62,000 nt of DNA from Camelus dromedarius (taxonomy: Eukaryota), in the NCBI RefSeq assembly GCF_036321535.1, contig NC_087438.1:310001-372000 (forward strand), read 5' to 3'. Below are positions 38,617 through 50,170 of this stretch, piece by piece. Every line of letters starts with the position of its first letter. Within the stretch, counting starts at the first letter, position 1. The position numbers and the translations under genes are program-made. Below the pieces are notes generated by a model that was not told the DNA's origin, did not search any database, and saw only the letters and a list, made by a program, of their open reading frames with translations.

Positions 38617-39003
38617 ACCCTGCACGGACCATCCCCACACACAGACCATCCCCACACACAGACCACCCACACACACAGACCACTCACCCTGCACAGACCA
38701 CCCACACACACAGACCACCCACACACACAGACCACCCCCACACACAGACCACCCACCCTGCACAGACCACACACACAGACCACCCCCACACACAGACCAC
38801 ACACACACACACAGACCACCCCCACACACAGACCACCCCCACACACAGACCACCCACCCTGCACAGACCACACACACAGACCACCCCCACACACAGACCA
38901 CACACACACACACAGACCACCCACACACACAGACCACCCACACACACAGACCACCCACCCTGCACAGACCACCCACACACACACAGAACATCCACTCTGC
39001 ACA
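38617..39003. repeat. CA-rich minisatellite, ~20 variable units built on (CA)nGACCACCC
   Basis: Repeated cacacagaccaccc / ccctgcacagaccac units of variable length. Confidence 0.95.
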
Positions 39004-39299
39004 AGGTCTCAGTGTATCTGCTCCTTAAGAAAACTAGGAAGCTGACACAGTGGGACGACACCTGAAGCATGTGCTATTACCTCATCTTAGCAGCTGGGGA
39101 GGCAGGAGTATTACTGTGCTACTTCCTGGGCAAAGAAATGCAGCTCAATGCCACCTTTCTGACTGAGCAGTCCTTTCCAAAGGCATGGATGTGGGTGACG
39201 CTGCTGCGGGCTCTCGGGAGTGAAGCTAGCAGACTTCTGGGGGCGGGGTTAATCTGGGGTTTCCCAGCCTTCGTATTGTTGGCATTTTACCCCCAAGTC

Positions 39300-40352
39300 T
39301 CTCGTGGTAAAAAACACATAACGTGAAGTTACCATCTTCACCATGCCTAAGCACGTTCACATGGTTGTGCAGCCATCACCACCATCGTCTCCAGAACTTT
39401 CTCATCTTCCCAAACCGAAACTCTGTCCCCATTAAACGCTAACTCCCCATCCCCTCCCTACTTTCTGTTTCTATGAAGGCGACTTCTCTAGGGACCCCAT
39501 GTAAGTGAAATCAGAGTATTTGGTTGTTTCTTTTTTATTTGTTTGCTTGTTTGTTTGTTTTGTGACTGCTTATTTTACTTAGCCCAAAGTCCTCAAGATT
39601 TTACCCATATTGTAGCATGTGTCAGAAATTCCCTCTTTTTTAAGGCTGAGTAATAATATTCCACTGTGTGGCCACATCACATTTTGCTATCCTCCCTTCA
39701 TCAGCAAACGCTTAGGTTGCTTCCACATCTCAGCTATTGTGAACAGTGCTGCTGTGAACGTGAGCGAGCAGATCTCTCTTGCAGAGACTGCTTCCCATTC
39801 TCATGAGTGTACACCCGGAAGCGAGACTGCGGGATCACATGGTAACTTTACTTTTGACTTTCTGAATGACCTCCCTGCTGTTGTCCATGGAGGCCACACC
39901 GATTTATCTCCCCACCAATTGTGTGCAAGGGCTCTGATTTCTCCACATCCTCGCCAATACTATATTCTGGGGTTTTTGATAGAAGCCACTCTAAAGAGTG
40001 TGGAGTGGTGCCTTGCTGTAGTCTTGATTTGTATTTCCCTGATGATGAGTGGTGTTGAGTATCTTTTCATGTGCTTTTTGGCTGTTTGTACATTTTCTTT
40101 GAAGAAATGTGTATTCAAGTCCTTTACCCATTTTTAATTGTTGTTTTGTTGTTATTAAGTTTGGGGAGTTCTCTATGTATTCTGAATACCAAATCCTTAT
40201 CAGATACATAATCTGCAAACATTTTCTCCCATTCTGTAGATTGCCATTTTATTCTGTTGATAGTATCTTCTGAAGCACAAAATTTTAAAATTTCCACCAA
40301 GTCCAATTTGTCTATTTTTTCTTATATTGTCTGTGCCTTTGGTGTCACATCC
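39300..40352 (-). mobile_element. L1MB-like 3' end and ORF2 C-terminus
   Basis: gttgtgcagccatcaccaccatc..ccagaactttctcatcttcccaaac; ORF MDLVEILKFCASEDTINRIKWQSTEWEKMFADY. Confidence 0.88.
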
Positions 40353-42091
40353 TAGCCACTGCTGACCTTCTACAGGGCTGCCTTTGGTGGGTGGAGGTGA
40401 TGCCCATGCGGCCCTCCAGCCACCATCTCAGGGCCCCGGGCACAGATCACCACTGAGCGGTGCTAGGAAAGAGGCGCCCTGGGGAGACGCAACAGCTCAG
40501 GTGGAGGTGTGTCTGTGCGGAGCTGACAGCCTACTGGTGCTCAGACACACAATACTTCCATCCTGGGAAGCCTGAAATCCTTGCAGGCGTGCCCACGAAC
40601 TTGGAGATTCCTGGACTGTCCCCACTCCTCTGCCCCTCACCAGGCCCAGAGGGGACTGGCCCGTGCTAACCCTCACCCCACCGCCATCTCCCTTCCCACA
40701 CCCAGAGCCTCACCTCCCTCTGCCCTCAGTCCTCCAAACCAGCCCCATTCTGTCCTGCACCTCCATCTGCTTTGCCTCCTGGACCACTCGTGATTCCATG
40801 CACTGTGCATCCACGAGGCTCTGCTCACCCCTGGAAGTCTTCCACGGACTCGGGACCACTGTCCCCGCTTCACTAAATACCCAGGTCATCACATGTGACC
40901 ATCCTTGGCCAGGCCGTCCCCTTCATCTCCCTGGACTTTGGCTCCTGCATCAATGTTAGCCTCTCTGTTTAATCCCTGCCTGCATTTGTCAAGGTTCAAA
41001 TGCTCTGTGGACAAGAATGGACTCAAACCGGCCAGGCGCTTACACAGGAGGGTCCACAAGGTGAGGAGGAAGGGGGCTCCCACGGAGGGCCACCACAGGC
41101 TGGCCCCAGGACCCCGCTGCTGTTTCTGGGGGCTGTGGGCGCTGACTCTGGGTTCCTGCACAGTGCCCACTGGCCAGGCCAGCAGTGCCAGGCGCACAGG
41201 CCAGAGCCCCACGCCCATGTGCTGGGCTCACAGTGTACACTGCCCATCTCCACGCTCAAGGTGACCTTGTCTACACAGGGAGCCACCCCCTCCTTCCGGA
41301 AAACTCGTCCACCACCGCCTTCCCTCTGCTGACCTCAAGCCCAGTCCTGTCCTGGGCAGCCTGTGACCTGCTGGTTGTCTCCGGATAAGCTCCCGGCTCC
41401 TTCCTCGTCCTTGGGTCTGGCCAGCGGGCCTTCCGTGGGGCTGGCTCTCTCCCCACAGGAGTTCAAAGCCTTGGCAGGGACTGTGGCCCACTTCCCTGAG
41501 TGGGGAGATAAGGGGCCGGCCCCTCCCCTCATGAGATTAGTTCTGCCGTCACATATAATAGAAACAGGTGGAGAAATGGGGTTTAATCAGCTCTTTATCA
41601 GCTGTTCCCGTCTTGGTTGGAACACCGCCCCCGATGGGGACACCATGGAAGGGGCCACACCCGGCAATGTTTCCCGCAGGTCCGGCGCCAGCAGCGTGGT
41701 TCCCACCGTGGGGTCTGCTGCCAGGTGTACTAGTCACACAGCCCCCTCACCTTCTTGGGGCTCCTTGGGCTTCAGGGCAGACCCGGGGCCTTTGCTGTTG
41801 CCAAGCCCCCTTCCTTCAAGTCAGGCTTAGTCTCATCCAGCCCTCACCTCAGCTGGCTCCCTGCACATCCTCCCACTTACCTGTGTCCAGGTGACCTTGC
41901 TTACTGCAGAAGAGGCCCCCGCCCAGAGGCCATGGGTGGGTAGGGCGTCCTGCAAGGTCAGGCCTGAGCACACCAGGCAGATGGCGGTGTGGACGGAGGC
42001 CTGGCCTGGCATGTGGGGTTGGAATCCAAGCAGGTGAGGGGCACCTACTTAGGTGACCCTGTGTGGGGCTGTCAGAGCCCAGGTAAGAAGG

Positions 42092-42199
42092 GTAACTGTG
42101 CAGGTAGATACAGCCTCAGCCACGACTGTGACAGTGCAGGTGGACACAAATGTGACCCCGATGGTGGCGGTACAGGTGGACACGAACTCGACCACAACT
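42092..42199 (+). repeat. Degenerate 36-bp tandem repeat x3
   Basis: Units at 42092, 42128 and 42164 share gtg/gta caggt.ga.ac and translate V(T/A)VQVDT in one frame. Confidence 0.8.
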
Positions 42200-43169
42200 G
42201 AACAACTGACCCTGTGTGACAACACGCTGTGGGTCAGGCAGTGTCAGTGACAGCAGGAGCCAGTGGTGACAGGCAGAGGGATGTACGTGGTTCCAAAGCT
42301 CGTGGTTTGTCTGGATGCCACTTGTAACAGTAACACAGAGGAGCCGATCTCCAGCAGTAGCCTTAAGGAGCCAAATCTACATGAAGAAAATTTTAAAAGG
42401 TCACTGGGGGCCCCATAGAGTGTGGGACCCAATGAAAAGGCATGATATTTGTGGATTGAGAGATCTGGTTTCACAAAGATGAAAGTTGTAGCTAAGTAAA
42501 TACCAAAAGGATATTTTTAGCTATACTGACTCTTTAAAGTTTAAATAAATAAAAATAAGGATTTTCTGGCTGAAAAGGTACCAGCCAGGAAAACTCTGGG
42601 GAGAAAACAGCCGTGAGGTACGACCAGCTCCTTCATATTAAGACAGACTGAAAAGCTTGGATAACCTGTTTCCTGAGGCAGAAACAGACCAGTCCGTAGA
42701 GGAGTGAAAGTCTGGCAGAAGACACCCAAACGTGAGGAGAAGGAACACTGTCACGGAGAAAGCTCTGGAAGCACAGGGCACCCAGTAACTGACTGTGTGT
42801 CCGAGGGACCTCACAGGAAACCCCCTCTGAATTTTCTACCACATACCTGTGTTTTCTGTTTAAAAAAGTAAAAAAAACATAATTTCAAGCAGCAATATGG
42901 TGCCAGTTGCCTGTCTCCCTGCGCAAGAGCTAGGCCCGGCTCCTGGGGGTCCCTTGCCCCGCAGAGCCAGCTAGCCACCCCTCCCGGCCTGTGCTGAGGG
43001 GCTTTGCTCGCCCTGGGCCCCGGCTCCTCACAGAAGGCGTCCGGGAGGGAGGCCGGGTTTGCAGGGGATGGGGGCCTCCGCACCCCTCAGACCGCACGGG
43101 CCTCCCAGCTGAGCACGCAGCCCCAGCGGACTGGAGGAGACGTGACGCATTACATACATCCTTTGTCTG

Positions 43170-44100
43170 CTTTTTGTTTGTTTTTAAAGAACAGCCTTGC
43201 TGAGATATAATTCACAGCACGTAATTAAGCTATCCGAAGCGTCTGTTTTGACGGCGTTTAGTATACTCCTGACGTTAGAATCTTTTTATCCCCAAAGAAA
43301 CACTATCATCTTGCTGCCACCTCGCAAACCCCCTGCCAGACCCTGGCAGCCACCCACCCACTTCCTGTCTCTGTGGACTTGCCACCTGGGGCGTTTCGTG
43401 TGAAAAGTCACGGGCACATGCCCTTTGTGACGGGGTTTTGCCTCCGCGCACCGTGTGCGGCGTGTCAGGGCGCCGCTTCTTTCTGCAGCCAGCGGCGCCC
43501 CACGGAGTGGGCGGACGCGCTCCCGCGCCCACGGCCCGGCCTGCAGCCCTCTGGCCGCCTCCGCGTCTCGGCGTTTGTAACATCGGCGTGAAGGTCCACC
43601 TACAAGCTTTCGTGTGGATGCGCATTCTCCCTTCTCGGGGGCTTGTACTTAGCGATGGGTACGACGCACACCGGTCACTTCCGTTCCTCCAAGTTGGGTT
43701 TATTCTTCTCAACCACTTTTCCCTTCAATGTTAAAGGTTCTTGTAAATACACAGAGCATAAAATTGCCCATTTTAACCGGTTTTAAGTGTGCTGTTCTGC
43801 GGTATTAAGTACACTCAGGTGTGCCACCACCATCGCCTCTGTGACTCTTCATCCTGTAAAACTGAGCCTCTGTCCCCCTGAAAAATGCTGCCCACCCCCT
43901 CCCCCAGCCCCTGGCCCCCGCCACCCTGCTTACTGTCTCTCTGCACCTGACTCCTCTGGGTCCCTTGCACGAGTGGTATCCTACAGGGTTTGTCCCTTGC
44001 GACTGGCTTATCTCACTGAGCGTAGCGTCCTCGAGGTTCACATGTTGCAGGAGGCGTCGCAGTGCCCTTCCTCGGTAAGGCTGAAGAGAAGTCCATGATG
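43170..44100 (-). mobile_element. Two adjacent old L1 3' ends (first strongly GC-shifted)
   Basis: tttttaaagaacagccttgctgagatataattcaca; then taaatacacagagcataaaattgcccattttaacc..gactggcttatctcactgagcgtag. Confidence 0.8.
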
Positions 44101-44634
44101 CGTTGCTTTGGTCTCAGCCCGCCGACAGTGACGTGCACTCTAGGAAAGCCTGCAGCCCTCCCCCGGGCTGTCCACCATCGGGCCCCAGAGACACTCCCTG
44201 CAGGAGCCCATGCTGGGGCTGGACCAGCCCCTGCGGTTCCTGTTATGACTGAAGGACGCCCTCAGCAACCTCCAGGGGACCTTGTAAACCTGGTTGGTTA
44301 CTCACAGGTCCTGGAGGGTACACGGCAGTGAGGTCACAGCTGGGTGGTGTGGGGAGTATGGGCCTGGGGCTCCGCCTTTACGGGGGGCGAGGGTGTGGTG
44401 GGTTCACTCTTTATCGGTGAATTTAAGGTGTAAGTGTGGGAACTATGGGGCAGGAAGGGGGAAGAGGGGTCACTGAACGGGTCAGTTGTCTGGGCCACCC
44501 AGGGGTCCTTAATGGGGGACCCTGTGGGGGGCGGCCTGGCTCCTTACCTGGCGGTTTTGGGGGTGACCGAGTTCATGACTGCAGGGTGTTCGTCTGCAGG
44601 TGGACGACTCGCAACCAAAAGCTGAACGTCAGGT

Positions 44635-45090
44635 TGTTGGCAAAAAATTGATCAATCACTTTAAGAAAAAAATTGAAAATTTTATTCAAGCCAAATTGAA
44701 GGTTATAACCCAGAACAGCCTCTCAGAAAGCTCCAGGAACTGTTCCCCCAGTTAGAGGTCAAAGCACAGCCATCTAGGTTTTGAGACAAAGGGCTGGACT
44801 TTCGATGACGTGGACAGTCTGCACGATGCAGGTCTGTAAGTGCAAAGCGGGGGTCGTCGCGGCCCCTCCCAACATCAGGGCGGGGTTACCTTTTAGGGGG
44901 TCGGCCTGCTGGTGCTGGGAGGGAGCTGATCTTCGTGGCCGACAGGCGTCTCTGCCGACGGAGAGGTCTGGTTGGTAATAACGCAGACACGCGACGTGTA
45001 GCGTGGGGAGAGGAGGCCCAGGGCAGAGGAAGTTTTTATGTTTAAACTTTTCTTCTCTTGCCATAAAATATGAGTTTTATTTTTCAGGCA
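44635..45090 (-). mobile_element. ERV1-type solo LTR
   Basis: Ends tgttgg.. and ..tttca, AATAAA on the minus strand (ttttattc), and acagcctctcagaaagctc..ggaactgttcc shared with the neighbouring LTR. Confidence 0.6.
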
Positions 45091-45132
45091 TTACATTATG
45101 GTCAAAAAGCATGCTGCCAGGCACTTACGTTA

Positions 45133-45560
45133 CGCTGACTGGAAAAACGCACAACCATGAAGCTGAGAGCTCTGTCTGATTTGGGGATATTACTCAAGCC
45201 CGGGGACAGCCTCTCGGGCGGCTCTGAGGAACTGTCCCCAGGAGGTGAGGGAGCAGTCAGGATACGCAGGAGTTTTTGCTAAACAAATAAACAAAAAAGC
45301 AAACCATGTAGTCAAACATCAAAAGATGACTGCCAATCACAGGCCAGACGTGTCAAGTTGAGGAATTCAGTGCTTGTGTGCGCACGGGAAGATGCAGGCA
45401 TCGGGCTCGTTGGGATCACCGCTGTGAGGTGCCTGAGCTGCCCAGGCCGGCGTCCTGAGCTCCCCCGGCCTGAGTCTCCTCCGGGCACCGTTGCGGGGCT
45501 GCCAGGTCGAGCGCTTGGTGGCGGGAACAGCCTTTGTTACTGTTTTTTTTTCTGTCAACA
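45133..45560 (-). mobile_element. ERV1-type solo LTR (MER41-like family of cetartiodactyls)
   Basis: tgactggaaaaacgcacaacc..aagcccggggacagcctctc..ctctgaggaactg..gtcaaacatcaaaagat..gtcaagttgaggaattcagtgct. Confidence 0.6.
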
Positions 45561-45589
45561 GTCACAACGTGCAGATCCATTCCTCTGTT

Positions 45590-46900
45590 TTTTGTGTGTG
45601 TATATATATATATTTTATTGAGGTATGGTCAGTTTACAGTGCTCTGGTGTCAGTCTCTGGTGCACAGCACAACGCTTCAGTCACACATGAATGTACATAG
45701 ATTCGTTTCCATCTTGATGGACATTTTTAACATGTGCTGAATTCATTTCACTGGTGCTTTGTCGAGGATTTTTGCATCAGTGTTCATCAGGGACGTTGGT
45801 CTGTAGGCTTCTTGTCTTCCGGTGTCTTTGGTTTTGGCATCAAGGCAGCGATGGCCTTACAGAACAGCAGGGAAGTGTTTCCTTCTCTTCAGTTTTTTGG
45901 AAAAGTTGGAGAAGTATTGGTCTTTGTGCTTGAAGTACTTGGTAGAACCCGCGAGGGCCGGGCACGGGGCCCAGGACGTGTCTGACTTTCTGGTCCAGTC
46001 TCCCTCTTAGTGTTCTCTTTCTTCGTGCTTTAGTCTTGGTAGGTTTGTGTCTATAGGAATTTGCGCTTCACCTGGGCCACCCAGTCATGGGGTCAGTTGT
46101 TCATGACACTTTTCTGTCTGTGGATGGTGGTCACGTCCCTGTTTGCACTTCTGACTCTAGGGTCTGAGTCCTCCCTCCTCCTCGGTCTGTCCAGCTAAGA
46201 CTTGTCAGCTGTAGATCTTTCCAACAACCGCCCTTAGGCCTGGTTGGTGTTCTCTCTTGTTTTTTTGTTCTCTGTCTGTTTCCCTCTGCTCTGCTCTTCA
46301 CTATTTCCTTCCTTCTAGCAGCTTGGGGTTTAGCTTCGTCCTTTCCTGGTCCCTCAAGTGTGGAGTTCAGTTGTCGACGTGAGTCTTCTCCTTCCGGGCG
46401 TGCGTCTGCAGCCGCTCTCCTCCCTAGAGCTGCTGTGCAGCCTGGCGTGGTGTTTTCATTCTCATTTGTCTCTAAGTGTCTCCTGATTCCCCACGCACTT
46501 TCTTCTCTGACCCGTTGACCAGGAACGCGTGGTTTAATTCCCACGAGTCTGTGAGTGTTTATCAGTCTCAGGCTCCCAGCTGTATCCGTTGTGTCAGAGA
46601 GGGTCCTCTGCATGATGTTTACCTTTTAGTATCTTTTAAATTAATTTGCGTCCTAACACGTGGCCTCTCCTGGAGGATGTCCCGCCTGCCCTTGAGAGGA
46701 CTGTGCTGTCGCTTTGGGCAGAGGGCTCTGTGCGTGTCCGTAGACCCCGTTGGTCCGTCGTGTGCAGGCCGTGATGAGAAAGGGCTTGCTCTGCCATCAT
46801 GCTCGTCTCTTCTCTGTCCTCCATTTCCTGCATCGCTCTCCTCTTCCGTGTTTGCCTGGTTTTCGCAGAGTAACTCCTACATTCCTTTCTCAGTTCCTGT
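45590..46900 (-). mobile_element. Short younger L1 3' end (45590-45715) abutting an older L1 ORF2 remnant
   Basis: ttttattgaggtatggtcagtttaca..gcttcagtcacacatg; then gaggatttttgcatcagtgttcatcaggga (RT PISLMN.DAKIL) and ORF text IRRHLETNENENTT. Confidence 0.8.
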
Positions 46901-48489
46901 GTGTATATTCTGTGGCTGTGACAGGGGGAAGGCACTGGCCCTTTAAATCCCCTGAAGTGCCTTCAGCCAGAGGGGAGGGGCTGCCACACCGGCCCCGCTG
47001 TGTGCACCCCTGTGATCAGGAGCAGGGGCTGTGGATGCGCAGACCCCCGGTGCCTGGGGTCAGGGTCCCTTTCCTGCCCTGCTGCACGTGCTGTCTGCAG
47101 GCTGCTCCAGGGGGCTGGGGATGGGCCAGAGCAGGTGTTGTCCAGGTGGGGGGCAGAGTCCCCGTGCCCCCTCCTCCGCCGTCTCCCGGAGCCCTCCCTC
47201 AGCCACTTTTAAGAGAAATGTTTCTCCTGCCACGACGTTTCCTTCATTCTGAAGGGCTGCGCGGTTAACGCTCCTTAACTGCCCCTGTCTCCTCCTCACA
47301 AGTGTGCAGCTGTCTCCATTCAGCTGGAGAACAGTGACCAGAAATACTAGGTCGGCTGCGTCTTAGATCTGGTGTGTTAGGTACGTGTGCCCCTAACAGA
47401 CCCAACTCCCGTGCATGTGGCGTCGGACAGGGAAGGCCAAACCCTGGGCCTGCGGGGTCTGTGCGACTGTGCGCAGGGGCTCCGCATGGCTTAGCCTCCT
47501 GGGTCCAGGGAGGCACCTCTCTCCTTGGCTGTGAGGTTCCTCCCAGTGCCCCCTCACCACACGCATCTCGAAGGGAAACAAGAAGAGACCAGCTTCAGGT
47601 GTCCCTAAGGAGGAAAGAGTGCTCTGTGACAGACTCCCAGAGGAAAATGCTGAGAGTGACCAGAACTCCTCCTCCTTCTGGGACGGATGCCCAGTTGTCC
47701 CCTCCAAGCTTGGCCCCAGGCTGTAGGGCACTCCTCTGTGCCTGCCCGTCACCCCTAGCACCCCTTGCCCAGCCCCTCAGACCCCTCACCTTGGCGGGGC
47801 AGGACGAGGGCCTCGGCTCTGTCGCGCGTAGGGGACGACAGGGTGGTGAAACCTTGCTGCCTCTCTTGGTGTCTCGTCTCACTGGAAGGACACAGAATAG
47901 ACCTCCTGTCCGCTGGGATGTCATCTGAAATTGTGCCATGTCCTAATATGCACAGTCTGTCTGACTTTTTCTCCCAGCTACTTGGGAAGTTTGACTTTCT
48001 TGACTGACAAGAGCGTATACTTCAGGAAGTCTTTCCAGGAAGTGTGATATGGCTGCATCTCGGACACTTAGCTATCCGAGGGTGGCAAATGCTGAGGGCA
48101 GCAGGTCGGCAGGTGAGGGTGAGAGAACCTGTGCATGCGCGTGGTCTCGGCCACAGAGACGGCAGTGGGGCTGACGGCAGATTTCTCACCCAGCCATGAA
48201 CGCCCAGGTGCAGCTGAGCACAGCTTCGCCGTGTGAGGGACGCTGCCATCACCACCGAGCTGCCAGGTGTCATGTTGGAGTGAGAACAAAGCAAAGGCAT
48301 TTCTGGACATCTAGCACCAAGAGCAGAGTGCAGAACTCATGGACTCTCCCTAAAATGAGCACAAGCATACAGCTCCTCAACAATCAAAGGGAAGAAATGG
48401 GCAAATCCTCTTGGTAAACGTGAGCAGTGTCAGTCATTCTAGGAAGAAACCTTTGGGGTGAATAAAAGCAATATGGAGAGCTAAGCTTT

Positions 48490-50170
48490 GTGAATGGCGG
48501 TGTCACTGGTGTCAGAGAAACTCTCCCACAAATAATAACTGTGCACCCTGGGAAAAATGTGAAACACTAGTTGAAGATACTGGAGGGCAACTTAGACCCA
48601 GACGACCCTTGAAAGAACGGCACGGCAGCAGGTGGGAGTCACACGGGTACAGCTTCTCACCCGAGGACACGCGGAGCTAGGAGGTGTGGGACTGCTGCGA
48701 CCCAAGCAGAAGGCTGCAGCCTTGCTGGCTTGAAGAGTCAGGTGCTAGAAAATGAAGGCTAAAATCATAGAAAGACAGGGCTCAAGTCTGTGGGTAAACT
48801 CCACCCAAATCTTCTGCTGACCCCTGGCTGCTGTGCGGGGAAGACGCCACAGGTCCCAGTGAAGACAGGCAGCAGCTTGAAGGACCCAGCAGAGGCCGAG
48901 GCTGCCATCTGTGGCGGGAGGACAGAGATGGTGGGAGGACAGAGCAGGGGCCTGAGCGCACCAGGCAAGTGACCCACGAGGACAAAAACGAGCACTCTTT
49001 AGACGAATATCACATAATTCAGTCCCTACAACATACTGAAACGATGTCAGGTGAACATTTACACAGTTTGTAATAAAGTAAATATAATGTATCAATTAAA
49101 TATAATGTATAAGTAAAATAAATAAAAATATAAATAAAATAATGAGGAGTTTAATGAACTGAATACTATTACTGACAGTAACTTATTTATTAAAGAAATT
49201 GAATTTATTATCGAAAACCTTTCCACAAAGAAAACTCCTGAGCTGGATGGCTTCAAAATGGACCCTATGGAATAGGTAGCAAAGAAATAATGCCAGTATT
49301 CCGTACGCTATTCCTAAACCCAGGGGGACGAGGGCACCTCCCAAGTCGTTGCATCAGGCTAGCTGAACTCTGATGTGAAGACCTGGCAAAGACAATGTAG
49401 ATGTAACAGTTACGACGAACGGCTTCACGAACAAGATGCAAAGATGTGAACAAAACACTAGCAAATTAATCCAGCAAGATAAGGAAAAAGTTATACAGCA
49501 TGACAAAGTAGGGTTTTTCCAGGAACAGATGCAAGATTAGGGTAGTATTTGAAAATCAAGTCAATAAAATTCACCATGTTGACAAAATAAAGGAGAAAAC
49601 TGTGTAAATGTCACATCGGAGCAGAAAGAGCCTGGGCCAAATTAAAACCCTGTACATGACGAGAGCTCTCAGCCGTCAAAGGCGTCAGTGTAAAACCTAC
49701 AGCTAACGTCACACAGAGCGGCAGATTATTTAGTGTTTCTCTGAGACCAGGGGCAAGGGAAGAGGGCCTGCTCTAACCACTTCTGCTTCACACTTTACTA
49801 GGGGTCCTAGGGGAGTAAAGCAGGATGGAGACAGAAGGAATAACCATCAGGGAGGAAAAAGCAGAACCACCCGGCTCTGTTCACTGACGATGCAGCTGTG
49901 AGCATGGGAAACGCTGAGGACCTTCAGATCAAGCGTGAGAAGTGGTGAGAGCGTGGCTGCGTCTCAGGACACAAACCAGCCATACACCCACACGCTAGCA
50001 GCAAGCAGCTTGAAAACAAAAGTGTCGAATTACTCAGTTCAATAGCATCGCAACTGTAAAACACGCAGGACTAAATTAACAAAAGGTGTGAGGGATAACT
50101 ACAAGGCGTGCCGGGAGGAGATAAAGAAGACCAAGCGTGTGCAGAAATGGACGTCGCAGACGGGAGCAGT
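48490..50170 (+). mobile_element. Degraded L1 (ORF2 RT region)
   Basis: aaaaccttccacaaagaaaactcctgagctggatggcttc; aacaagatgcaaag..aacaaaacactagcaaatt; aaaacctacagctaacgtca. Confidence 0.75.

Noticed and set aside
38617..39003. CRISPR-like repeat/spacer appearance
   Set aside because: Mammalian DNA; the spacers are just variable CA runs, and there are no cas genes.
37962..39065. Longest ORF (367 aa) and the overlapping antisense C/V/G/W-rich ORFs
   Set aside because: Length comes from the stop-free CA-rich minisatellite. No recognisable domain, and several frames on both strands are open.
39619..40137. 172-aa hydrophobic ORF
   Set aside because: Antisense translation of L1 ORF2/3' UTR, a common artefact.
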